DNA from: an uncultured virus (IMG/VR IMGVR_UViG_3300046511_000152)
Taxonomy: Duplodnaviria > Heunggongvirae > Uroviricota > Caudoviricetes
Virus record (IMG/VR): IMGVR_UViG_3300046511_000152
Length of the DNA: 64,000 nt
Direction: 5' to 3' (one strand)
A model generated the notes under the pieces. That model was not told where the DNA came from, did not search any database, and worked only from the letters and a program-made list of their open reading frames with translations. The translations under genes were made by a program, and so were the position numbers. The first letter of the stretch is position 1. Each line of letters starts with the position of its first letter. Positions 27,730 to 38,200 of this stretch are shown one piece after another.

Positions 27730-30700
27730 ATGAACCAGCAGATGCCTGAACTCTTCAACGGCGGCCTCGTCACGGCCCGGCACCCCTCGCTCTTGGAGCC
27801 GGGGGAGCTTCAACGTGCGGACGAGTGCATCTACCGGATCAACGACCCCAGCATCGAGGGTGCCCCGGGTCGGGCAGCGTACTCCTCGGCCTTCGCGTCG
27901 AAGGTGAAGGGTGTTGCCCACTTCACGTTCGATGACCAGACTGACCAGATAGTGGCCTACGTGGGCACCGCCCTGTATCGGCACGACTTCACCGCCCTCA
28001 CGGCGGGCTCGGCGTTCACTGAACTGAGCACCAGCGGCCCCGTCCGTGCAGTCGCGACCGGGACGAGCATCATCGCGGCCTTTGTCATCGCCTCGTGCAC
28101 CATCTCGGGTACGGCCGTGTCGTCCTCGGCAGCCTTCGGGGACGTGCTCGCGGGCATGGTCGTGACCGGAACAGGCGTTTCGGCGGGCACCACGGTGTCC
28201 TCTGTCACGGACACCTCGAACCTCGTGCTCTCACAGTCAGCGACCAGCGGGACGGTCACCCTGACGTTCACCCTGTACCCGTTCCTCGCCGATGTCGTCG
28301 GCACGCGCGTCTACGGTGTCGATTCGGCCTCAGCCCCGATGCCCGTCAACAGTGTCGTGACTGCCGTCTCAGGCCAGAACGGCTCAACCGGCCACTACTC
28401 GACCATCACCGTCAGCGTCGCCCCGACGAACAACGGCACCGCGAACCTCGCCTTTGCGTGGGGGATCGTCGGCTCCCTTCCTGACGTGGGCACCGAGGTG
28501 ATGGAGCACCTGAACATCGGCAACCAGTACTACCTCGCGTGTGGTAGCTCGTTGCCTCAGCGCGTGACGTGGCGGGCACCGGGCGTCGGTGGCTCACAGA
28601 TCATGGCATGGCGGCCGACTGGCCTGAACGAGATCACGACCCCACCGATCTCCATCGCCACGACCGCTGGCAAGTGGAACACTTCGACCGCCTTCGGCAA
28701 CGGCTTCTATTGGTTCATCGTCACTGAGGCGTACTGCCCCAGCAGCAGCATCGAGGATGCGGAGAAGGACGAGAACCTCGCCTCCGAGATCATCGAGGCC
28801 ATCTACACCGGCACCTACGCCGACCCGACGAATACCGCGCAGAATCCGGTGGCGAACAAGGGACGGCCACTCCCGGTCCAGATCACAGATGCGACCACGC
28901 AGGGTGTTCTCATCACCCTCGCCAACGTGACCAACAACGGGCTCGACGGCCGTCTCGCGACCCACTGGGTCGTGTACATGGCGGGGCCGACCCTCGACGC
29001 CCGCTCAGTGCCCTCGCTGGCGGCGTTCCGGCGTGTCCGGACGGCGGCGATGACGACCTTCGTCAACGGTGCGACGATCAAGGTCACAGAGCCCGACCTC
29101 GCGGCCCAGCGGGTTCACCCTACGGTGCAAGCCGCAGGTAAGGACGCCGGGGGAACCACCCGTGCGGACTTCAGCAATCCGGCTGGTGCACTTGGCGAGC
29201 CGGACAACGTCTTCGCGACAGCGGACTCGGGAGCCAGCTTCCCGAACCCCGCCTGCATCGAACTCAGCACATGGTTCGACAACAACAACCAAGCCATTGT
29301 CACGAGTGGGCTCTACGCTTCTGCCGTGATCGTGGGTATCCAGCTTGACATTAGGGGACTCCCCGACCTCACCCTCGGCTCAAAGACTGGCGTCTACTCA
29401 CACCTCGACACAGCCTCCAAGCACTCGGTCGTATCAGACCAGATTGTGTTCGATGGCTATAAGTCCATCACACAGGGTGGACCAACTGACACGATGGGTG
29501 CCGCGTGGGTTCCTTCGGACCTCACGTCCCTCAAGGTCACCATCTGCAAGTCTGGCTCGAACAGCCACCAGCGGTTCAAGCTCGACTCGGTCATCATGAC
29601 CGTGTACTTCACGGGTGGTACGGTCAACCTCGATGGGCCGCCCTACCGGGTGGTCACCTATCGCAGCCAGATCGGCACCACCGTCAGCGACCCGTCGAGT
29701 CGTGCGGGCAGTCCGTACTCGACCTCGGCTGTCTTTCAGGGGATGCTCGTCACCGACGACCTCGCCATTCATGGGACGCTCCGTTACTCGCTCCCGAACT
29801 ACCCTGAGTACTTCCCGAAGCCATACTTCATGCGGCTCTTCACACGCAAGAAGGACATCATCACCTGTATTCGCACAGTGGGCCAGGTCCTCGTGGTCGG
29901 GCTCCGAGACAACATCCGGCGCGTCAACTACCTGCCGACCGAGACTGACACGGACTTCGGCATCTCAGGGTCCGCGCAGGAGCCACTGGCAGAAGATCAT
30001 GGCATCGCCGGACCACAGGCGGCTGGCCTGTTCGACATGCCGGGCGGGGGATCGGTGCTTTTCTACCTCTCCACCGTTGGTCCGAGACTCACGGACGGGA
30101 TCACCACCCGGGCTGCGAACATCGACCTCAACTGGCGCACCACGGTGAACCTCGACTACCTCGCCAACGCGGTCGTCCGGGTCTACCCACGTGAGCAGTG
30201 GATCGAAGTCTACTACTCCCCGGCCGGAACCAGCCATGGGCTCAACACCAAGAAGCTGGTCTTCCACTACGCCGAGGACAAGATGAAGAACGGGACGATG
30301 CCCGTCACAGGACCGATCACGGTCTCTGGGCGTGCAGCCGCTTCCGCCAACCTCACCGGGACGCCACTGAGCGTGACGGCCAACGAGAACGACAAGATCA
30401 TCTACATCGAGGACCAAGGCTTCGCGGTCCCGGCGTCGGCGACCGTTGCCGATTCGAACGGCACCCCGCAGATCGTCCTGAACTGCCCGCTCGTGCGGAC
30501 ACGCCGGGGCTACGCTGCTGGGCACGCCCACCTCGCGAGGGAAGAGAAGGTGTACGTCATGCGCTCCACGGCTGGAGCCACTGTCACTGCCACTGGCACC
30601 ACGACTGCCGCGAGCACCACTGTCACCTCGTCTGCCGCTTTCGGCAGCGTCGTGAAGGGTATGCGCGTGGTTGGTGTGGGCATCAAGCCCGGCACTGTCG

Positions 30701-31035
30701 TGACCCTCGTCACGTCGTCCAGCAACATCACGATCTCGCAACCTGCCCTCGCGGCGGGTACGGTATCGCTGGTCTTCGACAGGGGGACGTTCACAGTCAC
30801 AGTACGCGGATCGAACATCGATGAGGACATCGCAGTCCTCGACACATCATACGCTTCATCGCTCTCCGGGGACCTGACGGTTGTGCAGAACGACAACTCG
30901 AAGCAGGCTCTGGAGTACCAGTTCGAGAAGGTCCTCATGCCCGATACCAGCCATGCTGATCTCGGAACGCTGTTCAAGCTGCACAGCATGACGGCCCTGA
31001 TGTCGGACATGGGCATGGAGCAGAACAGGGCGTAA
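27730..31035 (+). CDS. putative tail nozzle/tubular protein with inserted accessory domains
   Basis: N-terminal F.GGLVT; LRYS.P..PEYFP propeller-like segments; internal repeats. Confidence 0.65.
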   Translation: MNQQMPELFNGGLVTARHPSLLEPGELQRADECIYRINDPSIEGAPGRAAYSSAFASKVKGVAHFTFDDQTDQIVAYVGTALYRHDFTALTAGSAFTELSTSGPVRAVATGTSIIAAFVIASCTISGTAVSSSAAFGDVLAGMVVTGTGVSAGTTVSSVTDTSNLVLSQSATSGTVTLTFTLYPFLADVVGTRVYGVDSASAPMPVNSVVTAVSGQNGSTGHYSTITVSVAPTNNGTANLAFAWGIVGSLPDVGTEVMEHLNIGNQYYLACGSSLPQRVTWRAPGVGGSQIMAWRPTGLNEITTPPISIATTAGKWNTSTAFGNGFYWFIVTEAYCPSSSIEDAEKDENLASEIIEAIYTGTYADPTNTAQNPVANKGRPLPVQITDATTQGVLITLANVTNNGLDGRLATHWVVYMAGPTLDARSVPSLAAFRRVRTAAMTTFVNGATIKVTEPDLAAQRVHPTVQAAGKDAGGTTRADFSNPAGALGEPDNVFATADSGASFPNPACIELSTWFDNNNQAIVTSGLYASAVIVGIQLDIRGLPDLTLGSKTGVYSHLDTASKHSVVSDQIVFDGYKSITQGGPTDTMGAAWVPSDLTSLKVTICKSGSNSHQRFKLDSVIMTVYFTGGTVNLDGPPYRVVTYRSQIGTTVSDPSSRAGSPYSTSAVFQGMLVTDDLAIHGTLRYSLPNYPEYFPKPYFMRLFTRKKDIITCIRTVGQVLVVGLRDNIRRVNYLPTETDTDFGISGSAQEPLAEDHGIAGPQAAGLFDMPGGGSVLFYLSTVGPRLTDGITTRAANIDLNWRTTVNLDYLANAVVRVYPREQWIEVYYSPAGTSHGLNTKKLVFHYAEDKMKNGTMPVTGPITVSGRAAASANLTGTPLSVTANENDKIIYIEDQGFAVPASATVADSNGTPQIVLNCPLVRTRRGYAAGHAHLAREEKVYVMRSTAGATVTATGTTTAASTTVTSSAAFGSVVKGMRVVGVGIKPGTVVTLVTSSSNITISQPALAAGTVSLVFDRGTFTVTVRGSNIDEDIAVLDTSYASSLSGDLTVVQNDNSKQALEYQFEKVLMPDTSHADLGTLFKLHSMTALMSDMGMEQNRA

Positions 31036-31044
31036 GGAGAACCA

Positions 31045-32961
31045 ATGCAGCCACGGATCGTAGTAGTTCCAAAGAAGGGGATGGACCGGAACCTCTATGA
31101 GACCTTGCGGCACTTGCTCCAGAGTGCCGGGGCCGCGCAGGCGGGACTGAACGCCATCGTTCGCAACGAAACACCAGACGGTTCGGGGGGCACTCTCGTC
31201 CCCCCGACCGATCTGTCGGGCTACTTCAAGCTGCTCGGCCGGTCCCCCGGTCAGGTAGCTGACGGCTCCTCGGACTCAGCGGGCACCCTGACGCTGGGCT
31301 CCACGAGCCATGCAACCAAAGGCTTCATCTACTTCGGCACTGTCGCGAACTCGCGCATGGCCTACGACGAGACGCAGCACTTCCTCGGCATCGGCACTGA
31401 CCTCCCGGCTGCTCTGCTCGATGTCACGGGCTCGGCGGGCCTCGTCCGACTGTCCACGACGGGTGTCACTCACACGGTCAATGGCACCAGCGGTGACATG
31501 AAGCTGACCTCGACCGACGCGGGCTTCATCGCTTCCGGTGGGACCGCTCAGGTCACGGCCGGTATGCTTGTGACGGGCACCAACGTCGCGGCCAACACCT
31601 ACGTTCGCCACGTCAATAGCAACACTGACCTCTCGCTCACGGTCGCCCTCACGGGTACGATTACGGGCGGGACGGTTACCTTTACCGACGTGGGCCTCTT
31701 CAAGCGCACGAACGACGAATCGGGAACGGACGTGGACCTCGTCCTGAACGGTGCCCTCCGTATCTCGGCGGGTGTCGCGGCTCCGCTCCGCATCCTGTCC
31801 GACCAGTTGGATGACTCAGCCATCGGGCTCGTCATCGCCAGTTGCTCGGCAGTCAACGGGACCCGCACGCTTACCGCACCCGGCACGCCCTTCGGCAACG
31901 TCCTCGACAACGCAGGCGCGGCCTCACTCGGCTACGCCTCGGGTGACATCGTCACGGGCTCAGGCATCCCGGCAGGCACCTACGTCGTCACGAAGGTGAC
32001 GAACGGTCAGTTGACACTCTCGAACACACTCGGCACGATCACGACGCAGACGATGACGTTCAAGCGGCAGACTGCCTTCTCGATCTTCGAGGCGGGCACT
32101 GTCGTGAGTGGCAACGCCATCGGAGCCCACCTTCAGTTCGGCGGCCCGAACCGTGGTGAACTGAACTTCCTCACCATCGCGACCAACAAGGGCTGGATTC
32201 GCCGCCAGTCTTCAGCCGGTGCGACGCAGATCGGGTGGGGCTTCAACGCGAACCCACAGGACTTCACGTCCGCATGGACCGGGCTTCTGATGAACGAGCC
32301 CCTCTCTGTCACCGGGGCTGACTTCACGGTCTTCACTTCCCCGACTGGTACGGCTCCGAACAAGACAGTCGGACAGCAGAACTTCGCTGTGCTGACCGCC
32401 AACGGACACGTCGTCATCGGACAGACCAGCGCCGGTTGCTACTTCGCTGGCGCAAGCGATGCCCTTCAGTGCCTCCAGACGACGAGTGACCTGAACCTGT
32501 TCAACGTCAGCCACGTCGCCGCATGGTCCGACTCGCTCGCAGTTGCGAACAGCTTCCGCTGCCTCATCGGTGATCTGGCCTCGACCCATCGCTCGGTCTT
32601 CCTCTCCTCGGCGGGTAACGGCGTCTTCACCCGCTTTGGCGTCTCGTCACTCTACCACCTCATCACGAACGCGCAGGCTGGTGCTGCTGGCTTCGCGGCT
32701 CCCGAGGCAAGCCCGACCACCGTCCTCCGCGTCATCGCGGACGACACGAACGGTGCCAACGGCTGCGTCCTCCTCAAACTCCAGACTCGCCGGTCAGGTC
32801 AGACGGGCGACATCGTACAGGTCCTCGACAGCATCCCGTCTGTTCGAGCCAGCATCTCCGCAACTGGAGTCTTCACGGGCACCAGCGCCGACGTGTTCTA
32901 CGAGGACGACAAGGTCTCGTGGGAAGACGAGAACATCTACTACAGTGCAGTCAACCAGTAA
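31045..32961 (+). CDS. tail fibre / receptor-binding-like protein
   Basis: LGIGTDLPAALLDV fibre motif; Gly/Thr-rich; repeated beta modules. Confidence 0.7.
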   Translation: MQPRIVVVPKKGMDRNLYETLRHLLQSAGAAQAGLNAIVRNETPDGSGGTLVPPTDLSGYFKLLGRSPGQVADGSSDSAGTLTLGSTSHATKGFIYFGTVANSRMAYDETQHFLGIGTDLPAALLDVTGSAGLVRLSTTGVTHTVNGTSGDMKLTSTDAGFIASGGTAQVTAGMLVTGTNVAANTYVRHVNSNTDLSLTVALTGTITGGTVTFTDVGLFKRTNDESGTDVDLVLNGALRISAGVAAPLRILSDQLDDSAIGLVIASCSAVNGTRTLTAPGTPFGNVLDNAGAASLGYASGDIVTGSGIPAGTYVVTKVTNGQLTLSNTLGTITTQTMTFKRQTAFSIFEAGTVVSGNAIGAHLQFGGPNRGELNFLTIATNKGWIRRQSSAGATQIGWGFNANPQDFTSAWTGLLMNEPLSVTGADFTVFTSPTGTAPNKTVGQQNFAVLTANGHVVIGQTSAGCYFAGASDALQCLQTTSDLNLFNVSHVAAWSDSLAVANSFRCLIGDLASTHRSVFLSSAGNGVFTRFGVSSLYHLITNAQAGAAGFAAPEASPTTVLRVIADDTNGANGCVLLKLQTRRSGQTGDIVQVLDSIPSVRASISATGVFTGTSADVFYEDDKVSWEDENIYYSAVNQ

Positions 32962-32972
32962 AGGAGTAGCCC

Positions 32973-33359
32973 ATGGCTTCGTTGAAGCAGAAGGGCCTCG
33001 CCCTCCTCGGTAGCGCGACTATCGATATGAAGACGGCCGCGACCACGACGATCTTCACGGCCCCGACCCTGTCGGGTACACAGAAGGTCCGTGTCATGTT
33101 CGTGGTCTTCCACAGTCCGACAGCCTCGCTGGCTGGTGGCACGAGCTATAGCCTCACGGGCTTCGTGCAGACGTTCTCCCTCGCATCGCTGACCGCAACC
33201 ACGGGCTACGCCGCCATCGGCCCGATCTTCCAGATCACCACCACGTCACCCTCGCAGTACACCGAACTTGCGAGCGGTGCCAACTTCCAGCTTACCGTCA
33301 CGACGGGAAGCACACTCGCGGCCAACGCCACCATCGAAGTCTGGGGCTACATCGCCTAA
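32973..33359 (+). CDS. small virion-associated beta-rich protein
   Basis: Thr-rich ORF with AAGGAG RBS. Confidence 0.6.
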   Translation: MASLKQKGLALLGSATIDMKTAATTTIFTAPTLSGTQKVRVMFVVFHSPTASLAGGTSYSLTGFVQTFSLASLTATTGYAAIGPIFQITTTSPSQYTELASGANFQLTVTTGSTLAANATIEVWGYIA

Positions 33360-33369
33360 GAGGTATCAC

Positions 33370-34125
33370 ATGGACCCAATCACTGCCATCCTCTCTGCCG
33401 CTGCCCTCGCTGGTGCGATCAAGGGAGGTCAACGCAAGTACCTCGACCCCGAATGGCTCAAGGCCAACTACGGGACCCACGCGGTCACGCAGGAAGCACA
33501 GGACCTTTTCAGCCGTATGATCCACAGCCCGCAGGGACAGCAGATCATCAACAGCGCGTCCGAGGCCGGACAGTCATTCGGTCGGGGCACGCAGGCGCAG
33601 GCCGCAGCGGCTGGGATGACTCCGGCTGGTGGGGCCGCGACAGGCACGGGCATCTTCTCCACGGCTGCCGGGGATAGCGCGGCGAACACGGCCACCGCAC
33701 AGACCAAGGCTTCGATGTACGAGCAGGCTCTTCCGGTTGCAGCCGACATCGTCGGTCAGCGTCGGGATGCGGCCATCAACGACTTCTATCGCAACGGTGC
33801 ACCGACCAACAGTGCCCTCCAGTGGCAGAAGATTGGCAACGCAGCGGGTATCGGACTCTCGGCAGCCAGCACCGCCCGGTCATTCGCACCCGGCACACAG
33901 GCTCCGCTCACGGTCGGTCCGCAGGGCAACGCATCCGTCCGGATGGGTCCCGCGATGGTCGGTGGCCCGATGGCGGGCGTCCAGATTCCGCGCGTGGTCC
34001 CGAGACAGCCAAGCTGGATGCAGAAGTCCCAGCGACTCTTCTCCGGCTTCACGAGCCGCTTTGCCCAACCGCAGCCGAACCGCTTCAACGACTACAGCTA
34101 CAGCGGCCCGTACGGAGGGCAATAA
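33370..34125 (+). CDS. putative internal virion/ejection protein
   Basis: MDPITAILSAAALAG start; Ala/Gly/Gln-rich. Confidence 0.6.
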   Translation: MDPITAILSAAALAGAIKGGQRKYLDPEWLKANYGTHAVTQEAQDLFSRMIHSPQGQQIINSASEAGQSFGRGTQAQAAAAGMTPAGGAATGTGIFSTAAGDSAANTATAQTKASMYEQALPVAADIVGQRRDAAINDFYRNGAPTNSALQWQKIGNAAGIGLSAASTARSFAPGTQAPLTVGPQGNASVRMGPAMVGGPMAGVQIPRVVPRQPSWMQKSQRLFSGFTSRFAQPQPNRFNDYSYSGPYGGQ

Positions 34126-34126
34126 C

Positions 34127-35254
34127 ATGGCGAAGGTCAGGGACATCGCGGCCAACCCCGTGCTTGCACAGCGGTACGGACTCGGCCCCCGCAAGAACTT
34201 CAAGAGCGTGAGTGACGCGGCGAATAACCCCACGAGCCTCGCGTCAAGCACCACGGGCATCGACATCAACGCCCCCGCCGTCGAGGGTAACGGTGCAATC
34301 CCGAATCCAACTGGACAGGCTGTCGTGCCTGCGACCCCCGCACCCCCAATGGCACAGGCTCCGGCTGGTGCATCACAGGACGCTAGCGGTAACATCACGA
34401 TGGCCCCCGTCGAGGCTTCGGCTGCGGCCCCAGCGGGTGCACAGACCATCGCACAGGGTGACGCGGACATCGACGCCACACATGCACGCCTGCTCCAGAT
34501 CATGAACAGCGTGCCCGGTATCGACTACGAGGGCAAGTACAAGCAACTACTCAACCAGACGCAGAACGCCCCGATCCCGCAGGCTCCCGGCAAGATGCAG
34601 TCGTTCTTCGCGGCACTCGGCTCCCCGAGCGAGGCCCCGAACGCGCTGATGCAGGCGCACGGCGAGGCCGCGAGGGCCGCAGCCGACAAGATGGACCGCG
34701 TCCTGTCACTCAAGGAAGCGATCCTCCACGGTGACATCCAGCAGCAGATCGCGAAGGGTGACATGAAGAAGGCCCTCGCACAGAGCGCCGAACTGGAGAA
34801 ACTCCACGCACATCAGTTGATCGCGGGCCAGTCGCGGGCGTACGAGATGTTCAAGAAGCAGCAGGACGTGCTTCAGGGCAACCGTGTCGAGCTTGCGAAC
34901 ATGGGCCACGACGCTGCCCTCGCTCGCGTGCGTGAGATGATTCAGGGCCGTGCCGACCTTGCGGCTCTGTCCCCGAAGGACAAGAGTGCGATGGAGCACG
35001 AGTTCGTCACCCAGTACGGGATGGCGCGCTCCACGATGGGCATGGACGACGTACAGGCGACCGACTGGGCCAAGAGTGCTGTGATGCGGGGTCGCAACCT
35101 CGCGCAGCAGTTCTCGGGCGGTGGCAACGGTGGGGCGACTCCCCACGCACGTGCGGACGGAAAGGTCTACGTCAAGCGCGCGAACGGTGCCGAGGGCTGG
35201 CTCGATCCCAGCAAGCGGCTCCCGACTGACACCGACGCTACACCCGGGCAGTAA
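34127..35254 (+). CDS. putative internal virion/ejection protein
   Basis: Ala/Gln-rich helical protein in the ejection cluster. Confidence 0.6.
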   Translation: MAKVRDIAANPVLAQRYGLGPRKNFKSVSDAANNPTSLASSTTGIDINAPAVEGNGAIPNPTGQAVVPATPAPPMAQAPAGASQDASGNITMAPVEASAAAPAGAQTIAQGDADIDATHARLLQIMNSVPGIDYEGKYKQLLNQTQNAPIPQAPGKMQSFFAALGSPSEAPNALMQAHGEAARAAADKMDRVLSLKEAILHGDIQQQIAKGDMKKALAQSAELEKLHAHQLIAGQSRAYEMFKKQQDVLQGNRVELANMGHDAALARVREMIQGRADLAALSPKDKSAMEHEFVTQYGMARSTMGMDDVQATDWAKSAVMRGRNLAQQFSGGGNGGATPHARADGKVYVKRANGAEGWLDPSKRLPTDTDATPGQ

Positions 35255-35273
35255 TCACACTGAGAGGTAAGCC

Positions 35274-38200
35274 ATGGCTTCTAACGACGGTTTCGAGCAG
35301 GTTGTTCCGCCGCCTGCTCCGGCACAAGCGTCTGCTCCTGCCCCCTCCGAGGACGGCTTCGAGCAAGTCAAGCCCGGAGACTCGGATGGCTTCGAGGTCG
35401 TGAAGCCCGCAGCGGAGGGTCTGATCCCCCGTGTGGGCAAAGCTATCGGTCATGGTGTCATGGGTGTCGCTCGTGGACTCTCCGAGGCTGCTGCATCGCC
35501 GGTCACGGCGTTTCAGGCCAGCCAACAGGGCAGTCAGCTTGAGAAGACGATGAACGCTCTGCCCGAACCCGACATCAACAAGATGGTGGAGAAGGGCTAC
35601 AGCGAGCAGCAGATTCACAACGTCCTCAAGGGGCACGCGGACACACAGGCGAGCCTCGCGCAGGACGTGGAGGAGATGGGCAAGACCGGGGTGAAGTCCA
35701 CGGCTGAAGCCCTCGCGACCTACGGCACGCTCCCACTCGGTGGTATGGGTGCAGAGGGTGCGATTGCGAAGACTGGGCTCGCCAAGGTCGGTGAGCACAT
35801 CGCTGAGGGCGCGGCCTTCGGTGGTGCCTACGGCACGGCCCACGGTGGCATCCAAGCGGGTGCTGACGCGGCTGCACGTGGCGAGGGTGCAGGCCACATC
35901 TTCGGGGCGATCCTCGGTGGAGCGGCAAAGGAAGGTGCTCTCAACGCTGCCCTCGGTGGTGTCATCAGCCCCGTGCTCCACGGGGTCATCGGTCCGGGGT
36001 GGGACATCCTCAGTGGCAAGGCTTCACGCAACGCGGCTGCTGCTGCACAGGAGACCGCCGCGAGGGCAGCGACTTCCACGGCAGCGGTGCAGGCGTTCGA
36101 CAAGAACTTCCAGCCGTTCATGCTCGGTGACCGCTTCGCGGCGGACATCGAGGCCGCGACCGCGTCCAAGATTCCGGACTCGCAGTTGGCGGCCCAGATC
36201 ATGAGCAAGCTCCAGAACATCCCGCCCGAGGAGATCGACCCGGGCATGATCGACATCATGACCAAGAAGATCGGTCAGTACCGTGCACAGGCTCACGTGG
36301 CTGTGGCGGGTGGAAACGCCGGTCTGTACCCCGAGGTGGAACTGCCGCCTGTGGCTGAGGGTGTTCCCCCGGCTGGTGCGCGTGTCCCGCTCGCGACTGA
36401 CATCACCGAACCCACTGGTGGCCCGGCCCCGGACCAGACGCCCCCCGGCGTCGCGGAGCCCGTGCAGCCTGCGGCCCCCGGTGCGAACATCCCTGTAGCC
36501 CCGCCTGAAGGCTTCGAGCCGGGACAACCGTCTGTTGGGGCACCACCCCCGGGCATCCCACTGGCGGGGGTTGAACCACAAGCACCGACGCAGCAGATGA
36601 CACAGGCCCCGGGCCTGAGCCAGCCGCTGGGTACACAGGCCGGACCTTCCAGTGAGCCACGGCCACTGGAACCTGAACCCCGTCCGGTGCCTGCTCCCAC
36701 CGAACCACCCACTGCGAACATCACTCGTGGTGTGCCCTATACTGAGGTGCAGCCGGGAGCCGCTCCCCAACAGGGTGCGACCCCGACGACCAGTCAGGTG
36801 TCGAAGGCTAAGCTGCCGGGCGGCCCCTCACACGATCCGGCGCGGGCGTCACAGGCGATGAACGACCTCGGTGTGCCTACCGGCAACCCCGGCTGGCAGA
36901 CCATCGGTGACGTGGCGTACCGCACCAGTCCGTACGAGGGGCGGAACGTCGTTGAACTGAACTATATCGAGAACCTCGGTGACGAGAAGGGCGCAGGGGC
37001 AGCGGTCCTCAAGAAGCTGACCAAGGTGGCCGACGAGCACCAAGTGCCGATGACACTCAACGCCCTGCCACTCCCGCGAGGGAATGGTAAGGGTCGCATC
37101 CCCATCGATAAGTTGGTCGAGTTCTACAAGAAGCATGGCTTCAGCGTTGTGGACGAGGGTGATGGCTGGGCGAACATGCGGCGTGAGCCAGTGCTCCCAG
37201 TCAAGGCTGACCCCGAAGTACTGACGGGCCTCAAGGCGGCGGCTGGCGACGCGAAGGTCGTGGCCGAACGCATCGAGGGCCTGACCACCGACCGCGCACA
37301 CATGGCGGCTGGTAACGTGGTCGAGGGCAAGCCCCTCGTCTCACCGAAGGCCGGGTTCTTCACACGGCTGGACGAGCACCTCGGGCGCATCGGTGATGCT
37401 GCCGACGCCCGCATCAAGGCACGGCTGTCGCAGCCCTCGCTGGGCGCGGCTGGCGGAAGCGAGCTACTGTCCGCGAAGGACCTCGCAATCAGCGCAGCGG
37501 CGAAGATGTTCCAGATGGGCATCCGGGGCACCAAGGCCTTGACCGAGGCACTGATCAAGGTGCACGGTGACGTGATCAAGCCGATGGTGGCGAAGGCCAT
37601 CGAGGACGGGCGTAAGCTCCTCTCGCGGCTCATCGCGAATGACACACCCACCGCGAAGCAGTTGGCGGCGATCAAGGAGACCTATCAGTCCGGCGCGGGT
37701 GGCAAGGACTGGTACAATGAGACGTGGGGCTGGCTCCAACAGCACTTCGGCGACGACGCTGAGATGGTGGGGCGGTTCATCAGCGCAACCTCGCTCGGCA
37801 ACTCGACGGAGGGGGGCGCGACCCAGACCCTGAAGGCGTACGCCCAGTGGAAGCTCGGGCTACCGTTCGACGGGCACCTCAACAAGGTCCACGCATCCTC
37901 ATTGCTCAAGGCTACACGCGGTGAGGTCTTCGGCGATGGCAAGGCGCAGGGCTTCCTCGGGGCCATCACTGGCGACCCGAACGCCGTGGCGCTCGACCGG
38001 CACGTGATGCGGACGCTCGGCTTCAAGAACGCGGGCAAGGCCACGGGCAAGTCGGCCCTCTCGAACTCGACCTACCGGCTCTACTCCTCGATCATCCGCG
38101 ACCTCGCGGCTGGCGAGGGCGTGACTCCTCGTGAGTACCAGAGCGGGCTGTGGGTTGGCAAGAAGATCGGTGACGAACAGATGGCAGAGCAGACCGGCGT

